DNA from: Octopus bimaculoides
Lineage: Eukaryota
NCBI RefSeq assembly: GCF_001194135.2
Contig: NC_068989.1
Coordinates: forward strand, 52,886,127-52,950,126
DNA length: 64,000 nt
Direction of reading: 5' to 3'
The notes under the pieces were generated by a model, which worked only from the letters and a program-made list of their open reading frames with translations, ran no database searches and had not been told where the DNA came from. The position numbers and the translations under genes were made by a program. Shown one piece after another: positions 26,479-39,720 of this stretch; the first letter of the stretch is position 1, and each line of letters begins with the position of its first letter.

Positions 26479-26695
26479 AAGCGGCGATCTGACAGAATCC
26501 TTAGCCCACTGGACGAAATGCTTAGTGCTATTTCGTCTGTCTTTACGTTCTGTGTTCAAATTCCGCTGAGGTCGACTTTGCTTTTCAGCCTTTCGGGATC
26601 TATAAATTAAGTACCAGCGAAACACTGTTGTCGATGTAATCGACTAGTCCCCGTCCCCAAAATTTCAAGGCCTTGTGCCTTCAGTAGAAAGGATT
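26479..26695 (+). mobile_element. SINE family 1, full-length, tail type AAAATTTCAAGGCCTTGTGCC...GAAAGGATT
   Basis: A-box, B-box and family consensus. Confidence 0.9.
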
Positions 26696-27599
26696 CATAG
26701 ATTTTGGTGTGCATCATTCGGACGCCAACAATTATAGATTCAGCATAGTAAGTATAGTGTGATATATATATTACAAAGGACAGTCAGCTGAACACATCGT
26801 CCCTTGTAACACCCTTATATGATATTTGGATGCTTCTAACAAGGTTAACTCCATGATAGCCATACGGATCAGGTCATGATTTCCTCCGCACCCACGTTTT
26901 TCTTTCCTGCCGATATTGACATAATGTTCTTAAATCTAGCCATCATCGCAAAAATCGCCAGTGGAAAAAAGCCACTCATGGGCTATGGTCATTTAAGGAC
27001 TATGCATACTGTTTCTCCTCTTTTTATAATTTACAGAAATAAAGTATATCACCGAAAACTACTAGATTATTAAATAAAACTATTTAGTATACACTGAGTC
27101 AGACTTCAGATCCAAAACTTCAACTACGACTTGTTTAACCTCATTCATATCAGCAACGGTGAAACTTGATATACAAAACGCTTTTAAACATTGTGCATCA
27201 GAACCTTCAATTAAAAAACAAAATCTCTACAAAAATATCAATTAAAAAATGATTGGTTCATATCATATTTAAATCAAAGAAAACGAATCAGTAATTATTG
27301 GCACAATTTCAGACAGAATGGAGATAGAATGTATTGTTCTTCTGTGTAGCTCTCTTGTTTTTTTGTTTGTTTTTTTTCTATTATTTATCGTTTGTGTCAA
27401 TGATATACCCAATGGTATTAATTGATGCCAAATCATTTATATTACAAATGATATTGAGGCTTTTTTTCTTCTTTATTTTCACAAATAACTACAAAATAGA
27501 AGAGAAAAACCTCTATGAGTAATCTCCGATTAGTGAGTTTATAAATAAAAAAAAACAGCAAAATATTCTGAAAGACTAAATTCAACCTCTTGTATACCA

Positions 27600-27960
27600 C
27601 AGAGATTATTAACTGTATAATATTATTTAGTGAAAATATTAGGGGAAATATATTCAAAATTCTCTGCAGAATATTTACGTATTGTGTTCAATGAATCACT
27701 TAACTGTAAAGTGGACATAAATAAATTGACAAAAGTTCAAAATTTCTGTTCAAACATAAATTTACATTGTTATGAAAACAAGAAAAACACAGAGCAAACC
27801 ACTGATGCAATTGTTATTTCGTCTACTGCAGATTGTTACGGTTCCTAGGAATAAGTCTAAAAGATTATGTATTATTCAAAGCAAAATTACATAAGCCAGT
27901 GAAGAAGCCTCTTTGTGGTGCCTCGATCTGCAAGAAAAAGCAGGTAAATCTTCTTCATAT
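27600..27960 (+). mobile_element. Possible ancient hAT (ZNF862-like) transposase C-terminal remnant
   Basis: AIVISSTADC..S followed by a stop-riddled K.....N.ISQ.R resembles PVSTADCERGFS...RNRL. Confidence 0.35.
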
Positions 27961-29449
27961 TACACATCACCGCCTTAAAAATGAAAAGACTCGCTAAGAA
28001 AATTGAAATCCAAGTTAGACTGTCCTTAAGAAGGAAAAGACAACGGAAGGATATGAGTAGAATGCCTTTAATCACGTGTCTAGGCAGAGCTAACTTTGTG
28101 CAAACAACAACAAAAGTAATATTTTTTCAGAAGCTACAGAAAGGAGTAAATTACCATGTACAATTTAAATTTCCATGTAAATATATTAAGCACAAAACAG
28201 TTATACGTTGGATATACATTATAAAAAATAACACTTAAGACCACAAATTCTATCTAAGATTAAAGATATGTCTAAGCTCCCACTCTCGATTTTTCATCAG
28301 GATTTCTTCCAAAGCCTTTTCTTAGCTGGGTATGTCCGCAAGACTACGAAGGTTATTTGAAGGCAAAACGTTGAGAATAATAATCTTACATGACTCAGAC
28401 ATAAATTTATATGGAACTATATGGAACGCATATTGTTGATTAAATTGATCCCAGAATATCGATGGCAGTTAATATATCGATCTGAGGAGAATGAAGAGTA
28501 CCATAAACATTGAGCTAGAGTATAAGGTAACATTTGGAGCTAGAGTATAAGGTAATATATTTGAATACTGAGAGGCATCTGACTAACCATGTATGGGACG
28601 TTAGTGATAACTTTGGCGGAAGGGAAGAGCGGAGTACATTGACACCAGAACAGAACTAATACTATTTTTATCGCTTCGAAAGGTTCTAAGCCCATAATAT
28701 GAAAACGTGTCACTAATTACACCCTGACGACTTATTCCATGCTCAGCCGATTCTGTTGCCTTTCTCTCGTTTGATAGTTATGGTAAACTTAAGAAATTTA
28801 ATCTTTCGATCGCTTAAAAAGCATCATACGTTTATCGTGTTAAAGTCTTCAGTGGAGAACACTGTATTGAAAGTATTCAGATCAGGTCTTTGATCTGAAA
28901 ATAACCAATAGTCTTAGGTTCTTCTTCCCAATTCCCTACACTACCACTAGTTTTAAAACGCTCTGTAAATCGGTCATGAGCGCTGCCCTTCTTCTCCCTC
29001 TTGAAAAATCAGACAGAAAAAAGATAATTGCTGGCATTACATATACTAGAAAATCCTTTACATTGACGAGAAGAGTAAAATTCTTGACAGAAGCTATCAG
29101 GAAAGCATTCTTCAAAAAGATTTGTGTCATTATTTTTTTCTTTTCAGGAGAAACCAAATTATGCTTATAATGTCCAATATATATATATATATATATATAT
29201 ANNNNNNNNNNNNNNNNNNNNNNNNNNNNNNNNNNNNNNNNNNNNNNNNNNNNNNNNNNNNNNNNNNNNNNNNNNNNNNNNNNNNNNNNNNNNNNNNNNN
29301 NNNNNNNNNNNNNNNNNNNNNNNNNNTGTTAGTTAGTTAAATAGATAGATGTTAACGATATCTATGTATGCATGCATGTATGCATGTGTGTGCATGAATT
29401 TATGTATGTGTGTGCATGAATTTATGCATATATTATGACACAAAGAATT

Positions 29450-30330
29450 GTGGGAAAAGAGTTGATTCCTATTTTGTAGAAGCGGAAAACTTCAGTAGCC
29501 GCATTTCTGTATTTCTCCTTTCTGATTTTCGAACAGTGCGAGTAGAAACAACTAGAATACGTAACTTTTCTAAATAGAATTTTAAAAAAAACGCGAAAAA
29601 TATACTCAAAACAAAAGTACTCAAAAGGAAAAAAAAATGTAAACTTGGACATAGCAATTACTTTCAGCAGGCGTTGGAAAGTGTCAGATGATATCGTAAC
29701 AACTTACAAATTGGCAGTGGAATATCGATGTGGTAACAGATGAGAAAATGACTTTGAGAATGTTCCCTATGGTTCCAAGACGCATACAAAATTCAAAGTC
29801 AAATATATCATATATCAAAACAAAGAGATCAAATCTAATGCTGAATACATCTAATGGGCGAAATTTTACGCCACTTCCCTCCGAAGGCCATCATATTCCA
29901 CTCCACATCGAAAACTGCAAACGTTAAACAAGCTACTAGATCTAGACGATCTAAAGGAATTTACTGGCTTTGGTATCTTGAAATTGATTCTGGTAAGGTC
30001 CTTTGTATTACTTTGGATTTTTGTTTCGCCCTTTCTATTACTCTTCTGATTTACAACAAACATTCTACAGTTGTACGTTTGTTTGTAACCACTTCATTTC
30101 TTTCTTCTTTCAGTCTTCAGTGCGTTAGATTATCACTTAAGTGCAGACATACATACTTTCATCGTTCAATTGTGCAAACAGTCGTATGACTTCACCTATT
30201 AACTTCGTATAATGCCGTGTAGTCCCTTCGCATCATTTGGTTATTTCCTGTCTGTCGGAACTGGCTCCGAGTTGGAAGATATTCAGAAAAATACCCAGAA
30301 TAAGAGACTTCCGTATTATTCCTGCATTCT
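29450..30330 (-). mobile_element. Possible ancient RTE-X/RTE RT remnant
   Basis: Minus strand TNKRTTVECLL*IRRVIERAKQK resembles RST..QIL.IRRIIEG.K; FQRLLKVI further on; heavily decayed. Confidence 0.4.
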
Positions 30331-30409
30331 TCTATGCTACCGAATATTCTTCCTCCAGGCAGTTACTACCGACAAATAAATAGATACATAGTTGTGTACG
30401 CGTGTGTGT

Positions 30410-30497
30410 ATAATACACACACACACACAAGCACATATACACACATATATACATACATTTATACATACATACATACATACATATATACATACATACA

Positions 30498-30527
<30 letters not shown>
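30410..30527. repeat. (CA)n/(CATA)n microsatellite
   Basis: Direct sequence. Confidence 0.95.
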
Positions 30528-30528
<1 letters not shown>

Positions 30529-31769
30529 GCCGCCGTCAACATCGGACAGCCAGGTGCAGAGGACCTTTTAAAAAGTTCGTTTTAGACGCCTTCCTCTAGA
30601 AATATGCCAACTTCTCCAGCCTAAATCAATAACTGGTTTATTTCTCCAATAATTAATAAGAGAAACACCTTTTACTCACCAATGTAGCGTTATCCTGAAC
30701 ATATTTTAAAATATACATCTACACCACCTGGAATCTTGCTAATACGATTATGGCTGAAACTAACACTACCACAAATGAAACTAACAACGTCACCACCGAT
30801 CTGCGCAGACCCTTACATACTATTTCTGAATTCTAAACTACGGTGTTAGTCACTGTTTTAACGCCTTTGGTCGATTAAAAACAATAATAAGGACGCTTGT
30901 ACGTAAACGTGCCGAACAATCTGATAGAAAAACCAGCTAAAGCTCTGTAAAAAGCATCTTACTTTCATACATAAAAGAAGGACTCATTAAATGATATACT
31001 CCCAGAAATACTAAATCTGAGGAAATGGTCAGCTAGGTTACAGTTTAACTTAAGCGAAACAACAAAATGGACAGAGTAAATTATCGGTTAAAATTCAAAA
31101 CCAGATGTTTGTTTACTTCAATCATATCGTTCTTATTTCGTTTGGAATCGTAGTAGGAATTCCTACATGGTATTCTCAAGCTGGAGCAAAGAAAATTGAT
31201 AGCAGTCGGAGAGAAAAGTTAATAAACATTAATTAATCAATTCAATTAAGAAACATTAACTTTCAGACACGCTGAGAAGAGTCAATATAGAAATAATATA
31301 ATTAAACTGACAATAAATTCATGTCTGCATACACACACAGGGACTCACATATTCATACATACTATACACAGAGAAACACGTCCAAACACCTTGCACACAT
31401 ACATATATATATGCATAACATATGCATACACAGATTACGCTGTGAAAGTGTATTAGTGAAGATTAAGAGATTGTAATTGGGGTACTTAATTCATTCTGAA
31501 GCTCACATTTGTCTCTATGGACTACGGTTCAAATGGTTTTTCTCTCTGCATACAAGTGAAATGCCAATAACTTTATATTACTACTGAAATTTCTGCACTG
31601 ATGTAAGACAGAAACAATGCTGCAATAGCAGAAAGAGGAAGGCCATAATGATAGCTTTGCAGCAGGCGTCTCCGGGCAATTGTCATCGGTCATTCTTGTA
31701 AGTTATTACGTCATTCAAAGTTCATTCACAATTATCATTCTGGTCGTTCTAAGATCTATCAGTCACAGC

Positions 31770-32170
31770 TGCAGGATAGCTCGCTGGTACGACCGCATAA
31801 GACCGAAATCCGTCCGGTATTATCAATCGTTGAATCAGTGTTTCCTCTGTGGCTCTTTATTATGTACGCAGAACAAGAGACTTGAAAAGAAGCCGGACGG
31901 TACATACACGAGAATACTTCAAGCAGTTCTCAGTTCTTCTTGGCAGCAACACCTTACAAAGTAACGACTATGTGACAGCCTTCCTACCATCACCTAAGCA
32001 ATCACCAATTCACATACAGATACCGGTAGACCAAAAAGCGCATAAACCGACCAGCTTGTAAAAGACACCTGATATCCAATTGAGGATACGAAGACAGCTA
32101 TGAAAGATCGCGACGTACGACGTGGAAAAGTTGAATTGTTCCAAGCAAGTCGTCCGACCGTATAGGATAG
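31770..32170 (+). mobile_element. RTE-X-like LINE 3' fragment, internally deleted
   Basis: IVESVF.CGS, LEKKPDGTYTRILQAVLSSSWQQHLT, TAMKDRDV...ASRPT. Confidence 0.8.
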
Positions 32171-32499
32171 ATATATTATCCATCTACTACTAAAATAACA
32201 CGCTCACTCCTTCATTGTATTCTATATCTTAATACATTTCCATTAATTAGAAATTTTTTATTGTTGCCATTTTGTTTTGGGTTTTTTGCCATAATCAGTG
32301 ATTTGCATGCATAATGATTATTTTCATAACTAAAAGTGAGATTTTAATTAATTTAAAGTTGATGGCTCATTACGTTACGTATGCTCACATTGGTGTATTA
32401 ATGGGAAAAAATTACATATGTTTCATTTGTACATAAATACACACACACACGCACGCACACAAACACGCAAACACACACACAAACTCATATACGCGCGCG

Positions 32500-33830
32500 C
32501 AATCAATCGCTTCATGTGTTTGAAGTATCTGCAAATCTTCAATTGGTTCACTTGATAATGCTGTCAATGGTCTCCCATTAAGTCCATTCAAATATTGCAC
32601 TTTTCGAGCATGAAACTTGAAGTAGGTCAGATAACTCATCCGCATTCATTAAATATAGTATATGCATATGTGTGCGTATGTGCGTGTGTGTGTGTGCGTA
32701 CGTATTTATGTGTGTGTTCATGTGTTTATGCGCGCGCGTATGTGTGTGAGAGCATATGTGTGCGTGGTGTAGTGTAGTGTAAAACCTTTCAGTGAAAGAT
32801 ATAGAGAAATATTCGTCTAAGTATGTATTGACTACATCATTTTTGTGAGGGGCACTAAAGGTCATATAAGACTTACATTTCCAGTAAAAACAAAAAAGAC
32901 TTGATTTACTGCTCCACTACTTGAAGATTTCGTTTTGCAACACTGTGCCTGGAACAAATATAAAATTACAAAGACAAAAATATTCCATTTCATATTCGAC
33001 TGATCGTAGATAATGCGCTTTGTCATCTAAAATCTCTGTAGCATTACCATCCATATGTTAGCTTACTGCTTATGACGCCAAATACGTGACTTTTGCAACT
33101 AAAAGATCAATGTATTATTGCAACGATATTGCAACATTTAATGCGTTATATCCTTGGCGCACATTTGTTCAGTAACAAATGTTATTGATGAGAAAAGAGG
33201 GCCAACTCTAAAGGAAATTTAGAAATCCTTCAATGGTTTGGAAGCAGTAAAAATAATGAAAGGAACCAGGAACAAATTACAGAGACAAAATATGAAAGAC
33301 TCTTGGAACAAACTCTGCCCTCAATTTATTGATAATGGCATTTGAAGAACCAGCAGATGTTCGAAATGAAACAGAAGCGATCGATGATATTACTAATCAA
33401 TTGCACCTTCATGTTTCTACGAATGACAAATGATCTGTATCAGTCGCACAAGTAAGAGCTCACAAAGGAAGACCTCATTAAAATGAAAAGCTTGACGAGA
33501 TGAAGAATTAGATCTAAAAAAAAATAAAAATAGGAGACTCCTGTTTTCTTCTTCACTCTTAAAGGGTTGCTTGATAAAACTTTTTCATGCGTTCAAAAAC
33601 CAACGCAGATTTTCGTGTCCCAAGACTTATATTTCGAAGCCAATAAAATAATTACAAACTATTCTAGAAGCTAGATTTAAATAAATCTATTAACGTGTGT
33701 TTGCGTGACATCTATAAACAGTTAGACAAAAAGAAGTCAGTCATCGAAGCAATGAATTGTTGAAGAATCTATGCAGAAAAGCGACTCCTACGTCAAGCGA
33801 ACTAAACACGACAAAGCAACATAATTAAAG
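32500..33830 (+). mobile_element. Tigger/pogo (TIGD1-like) transposase remnant; the part before ~32780 is tentative
   Basis: IPFHIRLIVDNA, TPNT*LLQLKDQCII, PTLKEI*KSFN, MKDSWNKLCPQFI, ELTKEDL, RIYAEK. Confidence 0.85.
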
Positions 33831-34109
33831 CGATATTTAATTATGATTTCTAAGCCTAAAATGTTACTTAATTTCTCCTTAACAATTATAGGCAATTTTT
33901 GAGACCAAATATCTTCAGCAAGACTGAAAGTGCCACTCATAATACTATTTCTAAGCGAATAAGCCTCCTTCTTGAAGGTCTGTTAATGCTTGAACATTTG
34001 GTATCAATTGAAACGTTACGTTGTATAGACACATACATGTATACATTCTTACACACCACACACACACAGATATATATAAGAAAAGATATAAATAATGGTC
34101 ATTACGTAT

Positions 34110-34330
34110 TTTTCTTTATTCTTTTTTCTTTTTTACTTGTTTCAGTCATTTGACTGCGGACATACTGGAGCACCGCCTTTAGTCTAACAATTCGACCCCA
34201 GGATTTATTCGTTGTTACAAACCTAGTACGTGATCTATCGGTCACTTTTGCTGAACCGCTAAGTTATGGGGACGTAAACACACCAACATCGGGTGTCAAG
34301 CGAAGGCGAAGAGACAAACACAGGCACAAA
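34110..34330 (-). mobile_element. SINE family 2, 3' half
   Basis: GAACCGCTAAGTTATGGGGACGTAAACACACC. Confidence 0.9.
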
Positions 34331-34334
34331 CACA

Positions 34335-34530
34335 CAACGTGACATGGACGATTTTAAGTAGAGCATCGCCTTACAGGCATGGTGCCCATAAAAGACCAAT
34401 GAAATGTGAGTTGTGTTTGTTGGAAAAGCTGCATATCTTATTCCAAGATAAGAAAGCTCTGAACCAAAGACGCGAACTTTTAAATTCATGTAGACATGCG
34501 TCCAAATTTAAAATGTCGGCGAATAACATA
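34335..34530 (+). mobile_element. Penelope-like element, GIY-YIG endonuclease C-terminus
   Basis: WTILSRASPY...CELCLLEKLHIL...LNQRRELLNSCRHASKF. Confidence 0.85.
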
Positions 34531-34804
34531 CCATATGGGTAGTATATATATTTGTTTATATATTTGACTCCTCGTAATCATTGTGCAATCTTACTATTGG
34601 ATCGGTACCGCATTATAAATTATTAATTTAGCGTTGCAAGAATATTGTATAGAACCCTACGTCATTTTAAGAAAACCTTCGACTGGTATATGCATAGTTT
34701 TTATTTTTTCTTGTTTTACTTTATTTTATTCTATTCTATTTGTATTTATTTTAAAACACTGTGTAAACAAATTTAACCGTTTCTATGGACGGTTCGATAT
34801 AAGG

Positions 34805-35900
34805 AATTCCATTATGCATATATTTTTGCCCAATTTTAACTTTTATACACCCAGCAATTTCTTAAAAAGTTGTCTACATATATACGCCGAAACCTAAAAG
34901 ATTTTTATGTGGATGTCTGTATTGTAACAATGCTTACGTATTCGAATGTATGCGTCTATGCTTACGTATAGAGCCTAGGTTTCCACTTGTGCACATACAG
35001 TTATGATTTCGCGTGTGCGCGTTTTTATATATGCATGGGTAAGAGTGTATGCTTATATTTATTTACACATACATGCATTTATTCGTGTGTGTGCATCTAT
35101 GTTATATATGGGAATGTGCGCTCAGGTTTGCGCTCACACATACTTGAATTGTGTGCATACGCATGTATACAATTATGTTTGTAAGTGTTTGCGTACATAT
35201 CCCCATATATATCTATATACGTGATGCTAATATACATGTTTGTATACACATATATACGTAGCCCAATTTTGTGTACGTTTGTTATATACGCTACATTCCC
35301 TTCTTGCTTGCTTTCCTTCTTTCTCCCTTTCTTTCTCTATTTCTTTCTTCCCTTCCTCCTTTCTCTCCTTTCTTCCTTTCTGTCTTTCTTTCTTTCTTCC
35401 TTTCCTTCCTCACGATAGCCACACTTTCTCTCTTTCTATATTAGTACGTTCTTATCGATATGTTACCCCCCCCTCTACTTCATAAGTCAAGATACATGTT
35501 TTGTTACCAACGCGTCATATTTTGCGTGCGCGAGCTTGACTGCGTGTATATGTGTATGTGTATACATGCGTATTCATGCATGTATTTGTGTCTTGAAAAT
35601 ATATACCTATATACGTAGATTGTCTATACGTATGCATCTGTGTATTTTGTTGTATACATATATGTTGTAGATAGTCTAGTATGCGTATATACTGTTGTAA
35701 TCTTATTTTATTTTATTTTAATGTGTTAATTCGAATATAATTAATTATTTACAATATGTATTTTGAGCCCATTTTTTTATTTAAGGTTTTCTTCGATTTT
35801 TTTTTTTAAATAGGATGAATATATATTAAATTCATTTGTCTTGTTCATTGCCCACCCATGACCGTTATTTGAAATGACCAATGAAATAGATCTATGTGTT
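34805..35900 (+). repeat. Long low-complexity repeat unit X, copy 1
   Basis: Colinear with 40935-42810 (TTAATTCGAATATAATTAATT, GAGCCCATTTT, TAAGGTTTTCTTCGAT). Confidence 0.85.
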
Positions 35901-36680
35901 TCAAATTTTATATTAGTATTGATTGCATTGTCATTCCTTTCCCATTTCTAACAAAACTGTCCGATGAACGGGAACGTGAAACTCNNNNNNNNNNNNNNNN
36001 NNNNNNNNNNNNNNNNNNNNNNNNNNNNNNNNNNNNNNNNNNNNNNNNNNNNNNNNNNNNNNNNNNNNNNNNNNNNNNNNNNNNNNNNNNNNNNNNNNNN
36101 NNNNNNNNNNNNNNNNNNNNNNNNNNNNNNNNNNNNNNNNNNNNNNNNNNNNNNNNNNNNNNNNNNNNNNNNNNNNNNNNNNNNNNNNNNNNNNNNNNNN
36201 NNNNNNNNNNNNNNNNNNNNNNNNNNNNNNNNNNNNNNNNNNNNNNNNNNNNNNNNNNNNNNNNNNNNNNNNNNNNNNNNNNNNNNNNNNNNNNNNNNNN
36301 NNNNNNNNNNNNNNNNNNNNNNNNNNNNNNNNNNNNNNNNNNNNNNNNNNNNNNNNNNNNNNNNNNNNNNNNNNNNNNNNNNNNNNNNNNNNNNNNNNNN
36401 NNNNNNNNNNNNNNNNNNNNNNNNNNNNNNNNNNNNNNNNNNNNNNNNNNNNNNNNNNNNNNNNNNNNNNNNNNNNNNNNNNNNNNNNNNNNNNNNNNNN
36501 NNNNNNNNNNNNNNNNNNNNNNNNNNNNNNNNNNNNNNNNNNNNNNNNNNNNNNNNNNNNNNNNNNNNNNNNNNNNNNNNNNNNNNNNNNNNNNNNNNNN
36601 NNNNNNNNNNNNNNNNNNNNNNNNNNNNNNNNNNNNNNNNNNNNNNNNNNNNNNNNNNNNNNNNNNNNNNNNNNNNNNNN

Positions 36681-36759
<79 letters not shown>

Positions 36760-37019
36760 AACTAGGTTGGATGAAAGAGATGAGCAGCATATCCTATTGG
36801 TATCTTCGACCAGTCATTTTCTGATGCAGTCTATGTTGTTATAATAGACTCGTTTACTTTCAAAGCTTGCTGTTGAGGTGATAATATTATGAAATGGAGC
36901 GTTTATATCTATTAGTCTCCTATTTATCTCACGTAAATGATTATACTAAACGTTCCTTTAATTAATTATATGTGACTTCCAATCGAACCTTACCACACGC
37001 ATTCATGTAACCCTTCCAA

Positions 37020-37290
37020 TCATGTCCTATGGGCAAGCTGCTATATCCTCAAATTCAAAAAACTTTGACAGTACCCTGTTTCAATTATCTCTTTCCCGCG
37101 TGAAGTAGAAGCTGTGTATGAATAACTTCCACTTCCATGAAAGAACCGAGTGAAGAAAGCTATCTTGATATTAACGGCCTGCTCTTGATGTAATTGATCC
37201 ATTCTGATAGTCACATTTAGTGCTTCTTTTATAATCCTTTATAGTCAAAGACTTAATGATTTTAAAATTATGGATTCCCCGTGTGAAAAA
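37020..37290 (-). mobile_element. Possible Tx1/L1-like LINE remnant
   Basis: Stop-free minus-strand frame IKEALNV...GYCQSFLNLRI; the family assignment is from recall and unverified. Confidence 0.3.
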
Positions 37291-37880
37291 AAAAAAAGGA
37301 AAAAAATAATACAGGGTAATTTTGCCTGATCAGTGCGGAAGATTCATTGAACTTTTTCGTTACAGACAGAGCACTGGCCATGGTGCTGCTGATAGATGCT
37401 TTCTATGACAAAACATGATAACAGAAATAAATATTCACAGCATTAGAAAAATTCCATGATCAGATTCCTAAGAGACTGACGTTGGTTTTCGCCGGCCAGA
37501 TTTGTTTAGAAAAGTCGACAGAATGTCTATAGAGGAGTTACCTTGATGGACGGGAAATTCAAGTTTCAAGTTTCACTCTTCAGGAAAAANNNNNNNNNNN
37601 NNNNNNNNNNNNNNNNNNNNNNNNNNNNNNNNNNNNNNNNNNNNNNNNNNNNNNNNNNNNNNNNNNNNNNNNNNNNNNNNNNNNNNNNNNNNNNNNNNNN
37701 NNNNNNNNNNNNNNNNNNNNNNNNNNNNNNNNNNNNNNNNNNNNNNNNNNNNNNNNNNNNNNNNNNNNNNNNNNNNNNNNNNNNNNNNNNNNNNNNNNNN
37801 NNNNNNNNNNNNNNNNNNNNNNNNNNNNNNNNNNNNNNNNNNNNNNNNNNNNNNNNNNNNNNNNNNNNNNNNNNNNNNNN

Positions 37881-37950
<70 letters not shown>

Positions 37951-38611
37951 TACTTTGCTGCCTTTGGAATTCCAAAATGAAAATTATTCGATGATGTTTC
38001 TATTACAGACAGACCCGATTGAACGTTCAAAGTTACCAGGGCTAGATGGATTTCCTTGTTTAAACAAATCTAGGTGGTATAAAGTGAGTTCTCATATCTC
38101 GTCACATCTTTTATGCATCCACTAATAGTGCTATGCAACTAAGGAGTTCCTGCTTTTTTTTTTCTCACATTCTTCGCCTACAGAAGATGCACAATTTTAC
38201 AACATATGAGTAAAATTACTAACTCGGCAACTGAGTCTGATTTAAAATTTTTGTCATGATTTATGCAACAGCGTGATTCTAGGTTTGATAAATTATTAAG
38301 CCTGATTAGTTTCATCGGTCATGAGCCTTCGAAAGCATTCAATAGTTTTCTTTTATCAGTTATAAGGTTTTGTCCTGAAGGTGTGTTTTCAGCATACTTG
38401 GAAACCTCGCTTGGTCAGCCAATTTCTCAATACAAACAACACACACAAGACGTGACAGCATTTCTCTTAATAAAATGAATCCAAGAACAAGTAGTTTTTA
38501 TTATACTGGCGCACTTCGCTCTTGGAACCAATGCCCACATCGGCATCACTTTGTGAATTAAGTACTACTATATCATCTACATTTGATTCATTGCCATCAT
38601 TGAAATTGTCC

Positions 38612-39060
38612 ACGTCCTTGTAAATACGAAATACAAACAAAAGTAACTAAATTTAGAAATGACAATGTTAAAAGCCTGTATAGTTGCTGGCAGAACTACA
38701 TTCAAATGCCTGGGCACAATTGGAATCATTGAGATGAACGGATCTATTTTACTCGATAATTCGCAGTGAGATTTATTGACTGTCATGGCGGACGCCATTC
38801 GACCTGGAAACTGCAAGCGCGAAAGGCAAATGACAGAAGGCAGTCAAAAGGTCTCAGTTTAATTCTTAGCACAATGACAGGTTTTCCAAAATGACCAACT
38901 TCCGTAACCAACTTCAATCATGCTTTCATATAAATGGAATTCTTGTCCCATTGCAAGGCCCATTAACCTTATTTAAATTTCACATTAGCATCATAACATA
39001 TTCTTTCCTCCATATTGGAATTCTTGAGTCGCCACTTCTTCGTCTTTTCCGTTTTACTTT
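38612..39060 (-). mobile_element. Helitron PIF1-helicase 3' fragment, inverted copy
   Basis: NKVNGPCNGTRI, QFPG..A.AMTVNKSH; reverse complement aligns to 39721-40180. Confidence 0.88.
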
Positions 39061-39399
39061 AGTCTCTTTGTCTCATTTTTGGTTGATAACATGTTTATCT
39101 TACTTTTTTGTGTTGTAGTTTTGTTCCTTTTTCTTTCTAACAATTCTTATTTAACTAAAGTCTATCTTTACAGAAAGAACTGACCGAATAGGTACGACAG
39201 TGTTAAATAATGGTTAGTTATATCACTTATATGTGTATTGTCGGTTAAACTTAAATTGTCTACTGCGTTTGCAGTAATACAAATATGAGTGCCAGAATAT
39301 ATGAAAACCGTTTTCCTAGGAGATAAAATAACTGAGATTCAGAGAAAAGGAAAATGAAGTAAAGTATAAATGATTGTTCAGTACGAATATAGTATAGCA

Positions 39400-39720
39400 T
39401 ATGCATTTACGAAAGAAAAATAGAAATATGAAAGTGCTTGTCATATAATTTCAGTGACATTAATATGAAACGTATATCATGACATTGATGCAAATGACTC
39501 TCCACTTCCGTCATACATACAACATGTATGGTAAGTATAATAGCATGAAGGTAATATCAAGTATATCGTTTGGTGTCAAGGAAACAAACACACACACATA
39601 CATATGCACATACATACGCACACACAAACACTCTCTCTCTCTCTTTCACTCTCTCTCACTCTCACTTTCTCTTAGAATCACACACTCACACACACACACA
39701 CACACTTTATAGTTAAAAGA
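39400..39720 (+). repeat. Repeat unit Y upstream of the Helitron fragment (second copy 43450-43975)
   Basis: TTGTCATATAAT..., ATATCATGACAT, CATGGTAA.TATAATAG.ATGAAGGTA are shared. Confidence 0.8.

Noticed and set aside
27080-27929. Two putative minus-strand exons joining in frame (IEAPQRGFFTGL + CSDAQCLKAF…), tomosyn-like
   Set aside because: The first donor is weak, the similarity is under 12 aa, and the region is plausibly antisense to a hAT remnant.
28512-28555. 19-bp direct repeat GAGCTAGAGTATAAGGTAA, two copies
   Set aside because: Simple local duplication with only two units; not an array or CRISPR.
29668-30190. Plus-strand exon-intron-like pattern (donor ~29994, acceptor ~30113)
   Set aside because: All frames contain stops; it is better explained as antisense to a decayed RTE-X RT.
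30750-30920. MAETNTTTNETNNVTT (GPCR-like N-terminus) and IIVFNRPKAL (glycosyltransferase-like) snippets
   Set aside because: The first comes from a short tandem duplication and stops at 28 aa; the second has three stops within 20 codons.
32412-32645. LRR-like minus-strand peptide VQYLNGLNGRPLTALSSEPIEDL
   Set aside because: Single imperfect repeat, no donor site, and it overlaps the probable Tigger 5' region.
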